A stretch of DNA of 64,000 nt from Kiritimatiellia bacterium (GTDB lineage: Bacteria > Verrucomicrobiota > Kiritimatiellia > RFP12 > UBA1067): assembly GCA_017962315.1 (NCBI GenBank), contig JAGCVN010000069.1:975-64974 (forward strand). Direction: 5' to 3'. This document shows, one piece after another, positions 1-10,022 of this stretch. Position numbers and translations under genes: made by a program. Every line of letters begins with the position of its first letter. Position 1 is the stretch's first letter. Below the pieces are notes generated by a model. That model saw nothing but the letters and a program-made list of their open reading frames with translations. It was not told the origin of the DNA and did no database searches.

Positions 1-543
1 GCAGTAAACCTCTACAAGAATCCGGGGATTCTCTGGTTATTCTACAAAGTCTTCGGAGGCATCTTTGCAGGATGCATGCTTTTTGCGTTGTTCCTTGCAG
101 ACTTCGAGGTCAGCTTCACGGGCGTGAAGTGGGCGTTGATCGGTTTTGCCGTCTTGATCGCGATCCTCACGCTTAGCTATTACATCTATGCACTCATCCA
201 AGGCGGCCGCTACACGTGGGACTTCGTGATGGACGAAGAGGGCGTGGCCGCCAAGCAAGTCCCGAACGAGGCGAAACGCAACAAGGTACTGGGCGTGGCC
301 GTGGCGGCGATGGGCGTGGCGACGGGTAATCTCTCGCAGATCGGCGTGGGGACGATGGTGGCCACGGACGACGGACGGTATTCTCGATTCGCCACCGTCA
401 CCAAGGTCAAACCCGACCGCAAGCACAACACCATCAACATCCGCAACGGACTCTTCCACAACCAAGTGTTCGCAAGCGGAGAAGACTTCGATTTCGTGAT
501 GGAATACATCACCGCGCACAGCCCGAAACTCAAGAAGTCCTAG
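1..543 (+). CDS. membrane protein of unknown function, 5' end probably outside window
   Basis: Frame 1 is open from base 1 through the ATG at 76 to TAG 541-543. Hydrophobic segments are present (LFALFLADF, WALIGFAVLIAILTLSYYIYALI). No family recognised. Confidence 0.45.
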   Translation, partial: AVNLYKNPGILWLFYKVFGGIFAGCMLFALFLADFEVSFTGVKWALIGFAVLIAILTLSYYIYALIQGGRYTWDFVMDEEGVAAKQVPNEAKRNKVLGVAVAAMGVATGNLSQIGVGTMVATDDGRYSRFATVTKVKPDRKHNTINIRNGLFHNQVFASGEDFDFVMEYITAHSPKLKKS

Positions 544-635
544 TTCCGAATCGACTTCCGGTTGAAATCCGTGGCAGGGCATCGGCCATCGATGCCGTCA
601 TGGAACAACCACAACAACAAAAGGAGAACAAAGAG

Positions 636-1610
636 ATGAACCGAATACAGAAAAGCCGAACAACGACCGTCCCTCGTTTCGTCATGGCGAGCCTGGCTGC
701 CTTGCTTATCGCGGGATGCGGGAAGGACGAACCGAAACCGGAGAAGCCCCGGGACGTCCCGAAGAAGACCGATCTTCCGGTCGCTCCCGGCACGGAGAAA
801 CCCACCGTAAAGGATGCTGCCACAAAGGAGGCGGCCGCGCCTGAGCGCAATCCCGTGGTAGCCAAGCCCGTCAAGACCAAGACGAAGACCATCACCCTGC
901 CCGGCGGCGAGACGATGGAGATGATCTGGTGTCCGCCCGGTACGTTCACGATGGGCAGTCCGAAAAACGAGAAAGGCCGTTCCAGAAATGAACAGGAGTT
1001 CAAGGTGACGCTCACGAAAGGCTTCTGGCTCGGCAAGTATGAAGTCACGCAGAGGCAGTACAAAAGCGTGACCGGCAAGAATCCGAGCCTCGCGAAGTTC
1101 CAGGACGACGATCTGCCCGTCGGCATCATCACCTGGACGCTCGCCGATGCGTTCTGCAAGGCGGTTGGCCAGGGTGCGAGGCTGCCGACGTCCGCAGAAT
1201 GGGAATACGCCTGCCGCGCCGGCACGACGATGCCCTACCCCTGGGGCGAATCGTGCAATGGGACGCAGGCGAACTGCAACGGAACGTCTCCCTGCGGCAC
1301 GCAAGAAGAAGGACCCAACCTGGAACGTCCCGTCAAAGGCGGGTCGTATCCGCCGAATCCGTGGGGCTTCTGCGACATGAACGGGAACATGATGGAGTGG
1401 TGCTCGGATTGGGAGACGAGCTACGACAAGAACCTCAAGGAACTCGTGGATCCCAAAGGGGCGGCGGAGCAGACGTTTGGGCGCGTGATCCGCGGCGGAT
1501 CGTTCAAGTTTTCGGCATCGAGATGCCGCAGCGCGTGGTTCGGTTACGAAACCCCCGGCCAAAGCACTTTGGAGTCAGACTTCGGCTTCCGCCTCGCGAT
1601 GGACGAGTGA
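636..1610 (+). CDS. formylglycine-generating-enzyme (SUMF1/FGE) domain lipoprotein
   Basis: ORF 600-1610. The ATG at 636 has AAGGAG (621-626) 9 nt upstream. Lipobox-like LAALLIAGCG and a Pro/Lys-rich linker. FGE-type domain motifs: MIWCPPGTFTMGSP, TSAEWEYACRAGT, NGNMMEWC, RGGSF. Confidence 0.8.
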   Translation: MNRIQKSRTTTVPRFVMASLAALLIAGCGKDEPKPEKPRDVPKKTDLPVAPGTEKPTVKDAATKEAAAPERNPVVAKPVKTKTKTITLPGGETMEMIWCPPGTFTMGSPKNEKGRSRNEQEFKVTLTKGFWLGKYEVTQRQYKSVTGKNPSLAKFQDDDLPVGIITWTLADAFCKAVGQGARLPTSAEWEYACRAGTTMPYPWGESCNGTQANCNGTSPCGTQEEGPNLERPVKGGSYPPNPWGFCDMNGNMMEWCSDWETSYDKNLKELVDPKGAAEQTFGRVIRGGSFKFSASRCRSAWFGYETPGQSTLESDFGFRLAMDE

Positions 1611-1639
1611 CCCTCCGTAGAACGGAAAGAAACGCAGAA

Positions 1640-1702
1640 GCGCAGAGACGCAGAGGGGTAATGCCACCCGTTCCCCCCTATCCTCTGTGCCTCCGCGCTT
1701 TT
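1640..1702 (+). terminator. candidate intrinsic terminator downstream of the FGE-domain gene
   Basis: Arms GCGCAGAGACGCAGAGG (1640-1656) and CCTCTGTGCCTCCGCGC (1682-1698) pair at 15 of 17 positions by hand. They are followed by TTTT (1699-1702). Confidence 0.5.
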
Positions 1703-1833
1703 ACGTGAAAAGAATTGCACACAGCGAGCTTCCACAAAAAACGTTGACGAGCCAAATCAGGCTTGTTTTTTGCCGTGGAAAAAGGTACTCTCATCTGCGT
1801 CTTGATTAACCCTTTGAAAAGCAGGTACGACAA

Positions 1834-2718
1834 ATGCAGAAAATCACCGTTAACGGCCAGGTCATTTCACCCGAAGCGATCCAGTTCGATCTTGAACGAC
1901 TGATCCGTTTCCACGCGGAACACGGAATGCCGCAGGAGCAAATCCGCGCACAGTTGCCGGAACTCCAGCAACAGGCCGTCGAACAGGCGATCGGCGAACG
2001 GCTTCTGCTGGATGAATCGCGCAAGCTCGACTTTCCCATCGCCGAACAAGAAATCGACGAGGAGGTTGAACGGATCACCGCGCAGCTGGGCGGACAAGAG
2101 GCCTTCGAGCGCGCGCTCGCCGCACGTAAGACGTCGCTCGCGACGTTCCGCGAACAGTTGAAGACCGGCAAGCGCATGGAGAAGCTGGTCGCCAAAATCA
2201 CCGAGAACACCCCGGCGCCGACGGAGGTTGAAATCGCGCAGCATTTCCGCGACCACAAGCAGGAATATACAAAATCGGAAGAGGCGCTGGCGTCGCACAT
2301 CCTGATCACGCCGGACGGGACGGAACAGCTCTCCAAAGATGAGGCCCGCGAGAAAATCTCCTCCATCCGCCAGAAGATCATCTGCGAAGGGGCTGATTTC
2401 TCCGACATGGCGGAGAAACATTCCGCCTGTCCCAGCGCCGAACAGGGTGGAAGCCTCGGCTGGTTCGGGCGCGGCGCCATGGTGCCGGAGTTCGACAAGG
2501 CGGTCTTCTCCATGCAGGACGGCGAGATCAGCGACATCATCGAGACGCAGTTTGGATACCACATCATCAAGAAGCTCGGCCACAAGGATGCCGCCGAGCC
2601 GCAGTTCGACGAGGTGCGCGAACAGATCCGCGACTTCCTCCTGCACGAGCGTCGGGGCGAACGGCTTTCCGCCTACGTCGAGGAGTTGAAGGCGAAGGCT
2701 GACATTGTGCGCGAATAG
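1834..2718 (+). CDS. parvulin-type peptidyl-prolyl cis-trans isomerase (PpiC/SurA-like)
   Basis: 294-aa ORF. The C-terminal rotamase domain has SHILI..., GGSLGWFGRGAMVPEFDKAVF and FGYHIIK. Ends with TAG at 2716-2718. Confidence 0.8.
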   Translation: MQKITVNGQVISPEAIQFDLERLIRFHAEHGMPQEQIRAQLPELQQQAVEQAIGERLLLDESRKLDFPIAEQEIDEEVERITAQLGGQEAFERALAARKTSLATFREQLKTGKRMEKLVAKITENTPAPTEVEIAQHFRDHKQEYTKSEEALASHILITPDGTEQLSKDEAREKISSIRQKIICEGADFSDMAEKHSACPSAEQGGSLGWFGRGAMVPEFDKAVFSMQDGEISDIIETQFGYHIIKKLGHKDAAEPQFDEVREQIRDFLLHERRGERLSAYVEELKAKADIVRE

Positions 2719-2729
2719 GACGGCAAAAA

Positions 2730-4019
2730 ATGACACATGAAGTGTTGTTCCAGCGGGCGTGCGCAGTGATTCCGGGGGGCGTGAACAGTCCGGTCCGGGC
2801 TTTCAACGGTGTCGGAGGAACACCGCTTTATGTCGTTTCGGGAAACGGTTCGCGCATCTGCACAGCGGACGGTCGCGAGTTGACGGACTTCTGCTGTTCG
2901 TGGGGTGCGATGATCTTGGGGCACGCCCACCCGGAGGTGGCGGAGGCGGTCTCCACGCAAGCCAGAGCCGGGACGACGTTCGGGATCAACACGCCGGGCG
3001 AGGTCGAGCTGGCGGAATGCCTCTGCCGCGCCGTTCCCGGCCTCGAGCGTGTCCGGCTGGTCAACTCCGGCACGGAGGCGGTGATGACCGCCATACGCCT
3101 TGCGCGAGGCGTCACGGGGCGCAAACGCCTCATCAAGTTCGACGGCTGCTACCACGGCCATTCGGACAGCATGCTCATCTCGGCCGGCAGCGGTCTGCTC
3201 ACCGGCGGGACGCTTACTTCGCTCGGCGTGCCTCGCCATGTCGCGGAGGACACGTTCGTCGCGCCCTATAACGATCTGGACGCGGTGAGGCGGATTCTGG
3301 ACGAACATGGGCGCGACGTCGCCGCCATTCTCGTCGAGCCGGTCGCCGCGAACATGGGGCTTGTCCTTCCAGATCCGGGTTTCCTTGCCAAACTGCGTCG
3401 GCTGGCCGACAGCTGCGGGGCGCTGCTGATTTTCGACGAAGTAATCAACGGTTTCCGGTTCCATCGCTCCACCTATTCCGCGATCTGCGGCGTCCAGCCG
3501 GACCTGTACACGATGGGGAAGGTGATCGGGGGCGGGCTTCCGCTCGCCGCCGTCGGCGGGTTTGCCGTCTTCATGGACAGGCTCGCCCCGCTGGGCGGCG
3601 TCTACCAGGCGGGCACGCTCTCCGGCAACCCGCTCGCCGTCGCGGCGGGGTTGAAGACGCTGGAACTTCTGGACCGCGACGCCCCCTACCCCGGCATGAC
3701 CGCGCGCGCCGACCGTTTCGCCGCGAAGGTCAACGAAGCGGCGGCGGGCACCGGAACGCCGTTGCACGTCTCCGCGTACAAAGGGATTTTCACCGTGTTC
3801 TGCGCGGATAACGCGATGCGCTGCCTCGCCGATACCCGCAGGTGCGACACGAAACGCTACGCCAAGCTTTTCCATGCCGCGTTGGACGCGGGGTTCTACC
3901 TGCCCCCGTCGCAGTTCGAAGTCGGATTCGTCTCTGCGGCGCATACCGACGCGGACGTGGACGCGCTCGCAGACGTCATTGTCCAATTCTGCAAGGAGAC
4001 CGGCCGTGGACAAGCCTAA
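2730..4019 (+). CDS. hemL: glutamate-1-semialdehyde 2,1-aminomutase
   Basis: 429 aa. N-terminus is typical: FQRACAVIPGGVNSPVRAF. Also SWGAMILGHAHPEV, FDEVINGFR and GKVIGGGLPLAA (PLP-lysine region). Confidence 0.9.
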   Translation: MTHEVLFQRACAVIPGGVNSPVRAFNGVGGTPLYVVSGNGSRICTADGRELTDFCCSWGAMILGHAHPEVAEAVSTQARAGTTFGINTPGEVELAECLCRAVPGLERVRLVNSGTEAVMTAIRLARGVTGRKRLIKFDGCYHGHSDSMLISAGSGLLTGGTLTSLGVPRHVAEDTFVAPYNDLDAVRRILDEHGRDVAAILVEPVAANMGLVLPDPGFLAKLRRLADSCGALLIFDEVINGFRFHRSTYSAICGVQPDLYTMGKVIGGGLPLAAVGGFAVFMDRLAPLGGVYQAGTLSGNPLAVAAGLKTLELLDRDAPYPGMTARADRFAAKVNEAAAGTGTPLHVSAYKGIFTVFCADNAMRCLADTRRCDTKRYAKLFHAALDAGFYLPPSQFEVGFVSAAHTDADVDALADVIVQFCKETGRGQA

Positions 4020-7000
4020 AACGGAACGTATACCGCCGCCGGTGCCCCCTGCAAACCGGGAAAAGAAGACCGAACGAATCCTTCCCCCGCCGCTGGACGG
4101 CGGGACGGTCTGCCTCCCACCCGAAAGCGAGAGCGCCTTGAAGGAGCCGAAGATCGACGATCTGTTCGAGCAGTACTCGATTGTCAGCAAAATCGGGAAC
4201 GGCGGCATGGGGGTCGTCTACCTGGCGCGCGACAAACGGCTCGGCCGGTTCGTCGCCATCTAGCGGCTCAACCACGAGGCGCAGTCGGTTCCCGCCCTGC
4301 GGCAGCGGTTCCTGCACGAGGCGCGCGCGGTCGCCACGCTCAGCCACGTCCACATCGTCCACATTTACGCGCTCGGCGAAGACGCGGACGGCCCGTTCAT
4401 CGTCATGGAGTACATCGCAGGGCCGGACGACACGATCGTCCGGCGCGACAGCGAATCCGGCGGACTGGTAAACCCGAATCCGCCGCTCACGCTCGACCAG
4501 TACGTCGGGTGCCACGGATCCCTCTCAAGCGAGGAGGCGGTAGACATCCTGCTCAAGATCGGGCGGGCCGTCGCCTACGCCCATTCCTGCGGGGTCATCC
4601 ATCGCGACCTGAAACCCAGCAACATCCTGCTGGACAAGAGCAGCGAACCGAAAATCGTCGATTTCGGATTGGCAAGACTGGCGAGAGCCGACGAGTCGAA
4701 ATTGACCGTTCCGGGCGAGAAGCTGCTTTCGCTCGGCTACGGTGCACCGGAACAGGAAAGCGATGCCAGCCATACGGACGAGCGTTCCGACGTATACGGG
4801 CTGGGCGCCCTGCTCTATTTCACGTTGACCGGGCAGAACCCGCGCTACTTCCGTGAGCAGGACATTCCCGGCCCCCTGCGCGAAATCGTCGTCAAAGCCC
4901 TTGCCACGGACAAGGAACGCCGCTGGCCTTCCGCCGTCGCGTTTGTCGACGCGCTCGCCCAGGTGAAAAGCAAAGGGCGTGTCGAAATCCCGACCGTCAA
5001 GACGACCTGGCGCTGCAAGTGGTGCGATGCCGTGAATCCCCTGACCACGAAATACTGTGCCGAGTGCGGCTGGGACGGTTCAGAAGCCTGCCCCGAATGC
5101 GGTGCCGAGACATTTGTCGGCATCCAGTACTGCGGCAACTGCGGAGCGGACGCCCGCGCCTACGAGACCATTGAACTTCTCTTGAAAAAAATGCGTGACG
5201 CCTTCTCGCAGCAGCGTTTCGAGCGGGTCGTCTCCTATGCGGGGCGTGTACACGGGTTCGAGCCGACCGGTCCGTCCGGAAGGATGTTCCTCCAGGAAGT
5301 CACGACGCTGCGCGATCAAGCAGAGAAAAACATTCTGAAGCGGGAGCAGCTGAAAGAACAGATCCCCATCGAGCTGCGGGCGGAGAACTACGAACGCGCC
5401 GCCGCTTTCATCCAGGAATACCGGTCGCTTTCGGAAGACAAGCATCTTTTTGAAGCGGAAGAGGCGGTGCTCGCGGAACGGACGTTGCGGCGCGACCTTG
5501 ACCGGGCAAGGCGGGCGTTGAAAAACCGCGAATGGGCGGGCGCCGAGCGGATCTGCACGGAGTTGTTGCGGAACATCGCGTCCGACAACCGCGAAGCGAA
5601 AGACATTCTCCGCGCAATCCACCGCCACGCCTCGCTGCGGCGCACGTTGAAAGCCGCCGTCTTCCTGCTGATCCTCGTTGCGATCTACCCGTTGACCTTT
5701 CCGCTTGTGCCGTATCTGGACAAGCCGCCGTTCACGCGGTTCACGAAGATTCTGTACATGCCGGCAAAGAAGCTCTACCGCTTGAAAGAAGCGCGTGTCT
5801 CCCCGTATCTGGCGAACTACCTGCGCGTCCTCCTCCCGAAAGGCGTCTCGCCCGAAGCGTGTCTGTACGATCCGGTTTCAACGAACGCGGTCATCCTCGC
5901 CGCAGGGGAATCACTGCCAAAGATGCCTGCCGAAGTCCTGAAAAAACAGGCGGAATACGACCAGCAGATCCTGAAACTCGCAAACCAGCAGCTCGATTTC
6001 CAGAAGGCCTGGCCGACGGAATATCGTGCCGAGTTGGAAAACCTCATGGAGCAACGGCGCAACGAAGGCGATTTCGAAGGCTGGGTCCTGGCCCAGAATG
6101 AACGGAAACGGTTCGACGAAAGCGAGGCGCTCCCCGACATCGGCGAGGCGGACTCACCTTCCCAGGAACTCCAACTGTTGTTCACGAAATACAGGAAACT
6201 GCTCGCCGACCAGCGCGTGGTCCACAGCCGCAAAATCGCCAATCTCTGTAAACGTTACGCGAACGAACTCACAGACACCCAGCGCCGCCTGATGCAGGAA
6301 GGGAAAATGGCGCAGGCAATGGCGGTCAACGAAGAGATCCGCCGTGTGCGCGCCCTACCTTCCCTTGCCGACGCCGAATCAATCCTTGCGGCGGTTTCCG
6401 TTGCATCCGGGAAAGACACGGACGGATTCCCTCCCGCCCAGGTGCTTCCTGCCGCCGAGACCAGCGTGAAAGACGGCAAGACCGCCCGGATGCGTGAAGC
6501 GTTCGACAAGTCTCTCGCAGACATCGCGCAGGAGGCCGCGAGACGGACAAGCGAATGGCCGGAAAAATATTCTGCCAAATTGAACGAGGTGATGGAAAGC
6601 TACCAGCGGGCGGGCGACTTCGCCGGATGGGAGAGCGTCCGCGACGAAGCCAGCCGGTTTGCGGCGGATCGTTCGCTCGGCAACGAGAACATTGCCCTTC
6701 TGACCCCCGACCTTGCCGAACTCCAGCGCACCTACATCGCCCTCCAGAACGACATCCGCCACAAACGGGCGGAAAAGATTGTCGATGCCACGGAGAAGTA
6801 CGTGAAACAGTTGCAGGAGGTGCAGAAGAAACTGACGGTTGCCGGAAACATGGAGAAGGCTTCCGGCGTGAACACGGAAATCCGGCGCGTCCGTTCCCGT
6901 GTCGACTTCCTGGAGGCGCAAAACGAATTACACCCGGCAGAACCGCCGCTTCCGCCGGAACACGCGCAACCGCCCGCCCCAGAAGCGGCGGTGACGAACG

Positions 7001-7023
7001 CGGAAGAAAAAGCGGCGAAGTGA
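4006..7023 (+). pseudogene. Hanks-type Ser/Thr protein kinase with double zinc ribbon, TM segment and duplicated C-terminal module; interrupted by one in-frame TAG (4261-4263)
   Basis: ORFs 3874-4263 and 4405-7023 share frame 1. The likely start is GTG 4006, overlapping the hemL stop. The sequence reads GNGGMGVVYLARD...RFVAI-TAG-RLNHE, so the stop replaces the VAIK lysine. Downstream motifs are intact: HRDLKPSNILLD, DFGLARL, GYGAPEQ and four CxxC pairs (WRCKWC...CAEC...CPEC...CGNC). Confidence 0.8.
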
Positions 7024-7032
7024 GGTTGGACG

Positions 7033-7842
7033 ATGTACGATCCAAAAGTTGAAGGGATCAAGCTTGAAAGCAGGGACGAGACCGCCCGCGTCCTTTCCAT
7101 CCATCCTGTACAAGGGGAGTACTGGCTGCTCCGCGCACACGCACCGTTTCTCGCCGGGAATGCGCAACCGGGACAGTATGTACACATCCGTGTCCCGGGC
7201 CTGGAGGCCAGTGCGCTGCGCCGCCCCTTCAGCATCTACGGATGCGAAGGCGAGGCGCTGGAAATCCTGTTCAAGGTCGTGGGGCGCGGTTCCGCCGCGT
7301 TGAGCCGCGTACAGGAAGGCGACGTACTCCAGATCCTGGGGCCGTTGGGGAACGGGTTTCCGCTTCCCAAGGAGAAGGCCGCGTACCCCGTCTGTGTTGC
7401 GGGCGGATATGGTGTCGCGCCCTTCCACTTTTTCGCCTCAAGGGTTTCCGCAGGGAGTGTGCTGATCGGCGGACGGACGGCGGGCGATATCCTCTGCGCC
7501 GACAGTTTCCCGGACGGACGCTGGCGTGTCGGCATCGCGACAGAAGACGGTTCCAAAGGGACGAAGGGACTCGTCACCCGACTGCTTAAGACAGAATTGG
7601 AAACCTACGGAAGCGCGGCGGTCATCTACGCCTGCGGCCCGGACGGGATGTTGCGGGCGGTGGGGGAGATGGCGGCATCGTTCGGCTGCACGGCTTGGCT
7701 CTCCTTGGACAAGCACATGGTCTGCGGCGTGGGGGCCTGCCTCGCCTGCGTTCAAAAAATCCGGTTGGCGGACGGTACGGAACGTCTCCTCCGCGTCTGC
7801 AAGGAAGGTCCCGTTTTCGAAGCTTCGGAAATCGTCTGGTAG
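7033..7842 (+). CDS. pyrK: dihydroorotate dehydrogenase electron-transfer subunit-like FAD/[2Fe-2S] protein
   Basis: 269 aa with an FNR-like fold pattern (RRPFSI, GPLGNGF, ACGPDGM). C-terminal cluster motif CGVGACLACV...C. No pyrD is adjacent. Confidence 0.65.
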   Translation: MYDPKVEGIKLESRDETARVLSIHPVQGEYWLLRAHAPFLAGNAQPGQYVHIRVPGLEASALRRPFSIYGCEGEALEILFKVVGRGSAALSRVQEGDVLQILGPLGNGFPLPKEKAAYPVCVAGGYGVAPFHFFASRVSAGSVLIGGRTAGDILCADSFPDGRWRVGIATEDGSKGTKGLVTRLLKTELETYGSAAVIYACGPDGMLRAVGEMAASFGCTAWLSLDKHMVCGVGACLACVQKIRLADGTERLLRVCKEGPVFEASEIVW

Positions 7843-7845
7843 TTT

Positions 7846-8322
7846 GTGATGGAGATGGACTATATCTGGTTCAGCCTCGGCTTACTCGCGCTCATTATCG
7901 GACTTATCGGTTGTTTCGTGCCCATCCTGCCGGGGCCGGTCTTTGCCTACCTGGCGTTGTGGTGCCGTTTCCCGATGAAGGGGGAGCACCTTTCACCACG
8001 GATAATGATCTGTGCAACGGGTGCGCTGGCCGTCATCCTGCTGCTTGATTTTTGCGCCTCGAGTTTCGGCACAAAGAAATTCGGCGGTTCGCGCTGTGGA
8101 AGCGTCGGTTGCCTGATCGGCACGTTCGTCGGATTGTTTTTCGCGCCGTATGGACTCATCCTCGGCCCGTTACTGGGTGCGTTCGGAGGGGAACTCTTAG
8201 GGGGCAAGACACGTCGGCAAGCGACCAAGGCCGCGATCGGTGCGTTTCTCGGTTTCATTTTCGGGACGCTGTTGAAATTCGTACTCTGTCTCCTCTTCGC
8301 CTGGGTGTTTTTCTTCTTTTGA
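7846..8322 (+). CDS. DUF456-like small integral membrane protein
   Basis: 158 aa with four hydrophobic segments. N-terminal [12 protein letters not shown] and Gly-rich [10 protein letters not shown], as remembered for DUF456. Confidence 0.6.
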   Translation: MMEMDYIWFSLGLLALIIGLIGCFVPILPGPVFAYLALWCRFPMKGEHLSPRIMICATGALAVILLLDFCASSFGTKKFGGSRCGSVGCLIGTFVGLFFAPYGLILGPLLGAFGGELLGGKTRRQATKAAIGAFLGFIFGTLLKFVLCLLFAWVFFFF

Positions 8323-8617
8323 ATCAAAACCATACCTTCATGCGTCATGCGTGAGGGCGCATCTGCGTAATTCACCGCAGAATCCCCTGATGATTGGAGA
8401 CAACACAGACAACTTGAGACAACATTGCGGGGGGATGCGGACAGACCCGTTCGCGGACATTCGCGGCGCAACCGCGCCGCAGTCGATTGGCGGGACAATA
8501 CGCGGACGTGCCGGTCTGCGCACCTTTTTAAGTTGTTGTCCCGGTTGTCGCCAGCACGAAGGCGCATAGTTGAAAAACGCGGATGCGCCCCATGCGCGAC
8601 CAGCAACGATTTCGTGC

Positions 8618-8646
8618 TTGAATCAGGCAGAGAAACAGCGTATACT
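8618..8646 (+). promoter_or_regulatory. sigma70-like promoter for tRNA-Ser
   Basis: TTGAAT (8618-8623), a 17-nt spacer, then TATACT (8641-8646). It sits 12 nt upstream of the tRNA 5' end. Confidence 0.5.
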
Positions 8647-8658
8647 GCCCGTGTTTTC

Positions 8659-8746
8659 GGAGAGATGGCAGAGTGGTTTAATGCACCGGTCTTGAAAATC
8701 GGCATACCGCAAGGTATCGGGGGTTCGAATCCCTCTCTCTCCGCCA
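8659..8746 (+). tRNA. tRNA-Ser (anticodon UGA), CCA encoded
   Basis: Hand-folded. Acceptor GGAGAGA/TCTCTCC. Anticodon arm CCGGT-CTTGAAA-ATCGG gives TGA. Long variable arm (CATACCGCAAGGTATC). T arm GGGGG-TTCGAAT-CCCTC. 3' GCCA. Confidence 0.9.
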
Positions 8747-8758
8747 CGTTCCCATCCG

Positions 8759-9973
8759 TTACGTCGTGTAGTCAGCGTTGATCGTGATGTAGCCGTGCGT
8801 GAGGTCGCACGTGTAGACGACGGCGCTTCCCGTTCCGAGATGGAGATCGACCGTGACGTCGAATTCCGGTTTCCGCATCTTCTCCTTCATGGCGGCGAGC
8901 GTCTGTGCGTCCGCCACCCGTCCGGCGTCATAGGCGCAGACGTCATCATAGAAAATCTGCACACGGCCGTCATCGACGGCGGCCCCCGAATAACCGACCG
9001 CCGCAATCACGCGGCCCCAGTTTGGATCCATACCCGCCCAGGAGGTTTTGACAAGGGGCGACTTCGCGATTGCCCGCGCGGCAACCGCCGCGTCTTTGTC
9101 CGTTGTCGCCCCGTTGACGCGGACGGTGACGAACTTCGACGCCCCTTCCCCGTCCTTCGCCATCTTTTTGGCGAGTTCAACGCAGACGTGGCGCATCGCA
9201 TCGGTGAACCTGTCGAAATCCGGCGTCCCTTCGACGACCTCCCTGTTGCCCGCCGCACCGTTCGCCAGCACGATCAACGTATCGTTTGTGCTGCGGTCTC
9301 CATCGACAACAAGGCTATTGAAACTCACCGCCGCCGCCTTGCGAAGCGCGGCGTCGAGCGCGTTCGGCGCCACCGCCGCATCGGTCGTCAAAAAGGCGAG
9401 CATGGTCGCCATGTCCGGTTCAATCATACCTGCGCCCTTGCACATTCCACCCAGCGTGACCGTCCGTCCGTCCAGCGTGAACTGCACGGCGATCTCTTTC
9501 GAACACGTGTCCGTCGTCATGATCGCGCGGGCGGCGTCGGCGCCGCCGTCACGGCTCAACGCCGACGCGGCGCTTTTCACCCCCGCTTCGAGGCGCTCCA
9601 ACGGCATCAACATCCCGATCACGCCGGTTGAGCAGACAAGGACGAGCGATTCATCAATCCCCAGGACCTCCGCCGTGAAGCGGGCGGACGCACGCGCGTC
9701 GCGCATTCCCTGCTCTCCCGTGCAGGCGTTCGCGCAACCGCTGTTGGCGAGGATCGCCTGGGCTTTCCCCGAAACCGTCCGTTCCCTGTCCAACTGCACG
9801 GGGGCAGCGGCAACGCGGTTGGTCGTATAAACGGCAGAGACATTCGCGGGGACGTCCGAGACAATCAGTGCGACATCCTTACGCCCGGCGTATTTGATAC
9901 CGGCTTCGACACCGGCTGCCTTAAACCCGTTCGCGGCGGCGACACCGCCGGAGACGTCTACAAACGATTGCAT
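8759..9973 (-). CDS. argJ: bifunctional ornithine acetyltransferase / N-acetylglutamate synthase
   Basis: 404 aa with [26 protein letters not shown] and the autoprocessing region [14 protein letters not shown]. Confidence 0.9.
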   Translation of the reverse strand: MQSFVDVSGGVAAANGFKAAGVEAGIKYAGRKDVALIVSDVPANVSAVYTTNRVAAAPVQLDRERTVSGKAQAILANSGCANACTGEQGMRDARASARFTAEVLGIDESLVLVCSTGVIGMLMPLERLEAGVKSAASALSRDGGADAARAIMTTDTCSKEIAVQFTLDGRTVTLGGMCKGAGMIEPDMATMLAFLTTDAAVAPNALDAALRKAAAVSFNSLVVDGDRSTNDTLIVLANGAAGNREVVEGTPDFDRFTDAMRHVCVELAKKMAKDGEGASKFVTVRVNGATTDKDAAVAARAIAKSPLVKTSWAGMDPNWGRVIAAVGYSGAAVDDGRVQIFYDDVCAYDAGRVADAQTLAAMKEKMRKPEFDVTVDLHLGTGSAVVYTCDLTHGYITINADYTT

Positions 9974-10022
9974 TTGAAAACTCCTTCAAAGCTTGCGGAG
10001 AAAGGGAGGGAGGCCAACAACG

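Noticed and set aside
4261-4263. TAG in the kinase as pyrrolysine or a genome-wide stop reassignment
   Set aside because: TAG terminates at least two other well-defined ORFs in this window (541-543 and 2716-2718). No pyl genes are visible. This can only be excluded fully with the whole genome.
7033-7842. pyrK-like flavoprotein as the missing E3 (DdhD/AscD) reductase for the dideoxy-sugar pathway
   Set aside because: It lies 30 kb away in the core region, in an unrelated operon. It has the PyrK-type C-terminal cluster motif rather than an N-terminal plant-type ferredoxin domain. No positional or sequence support.
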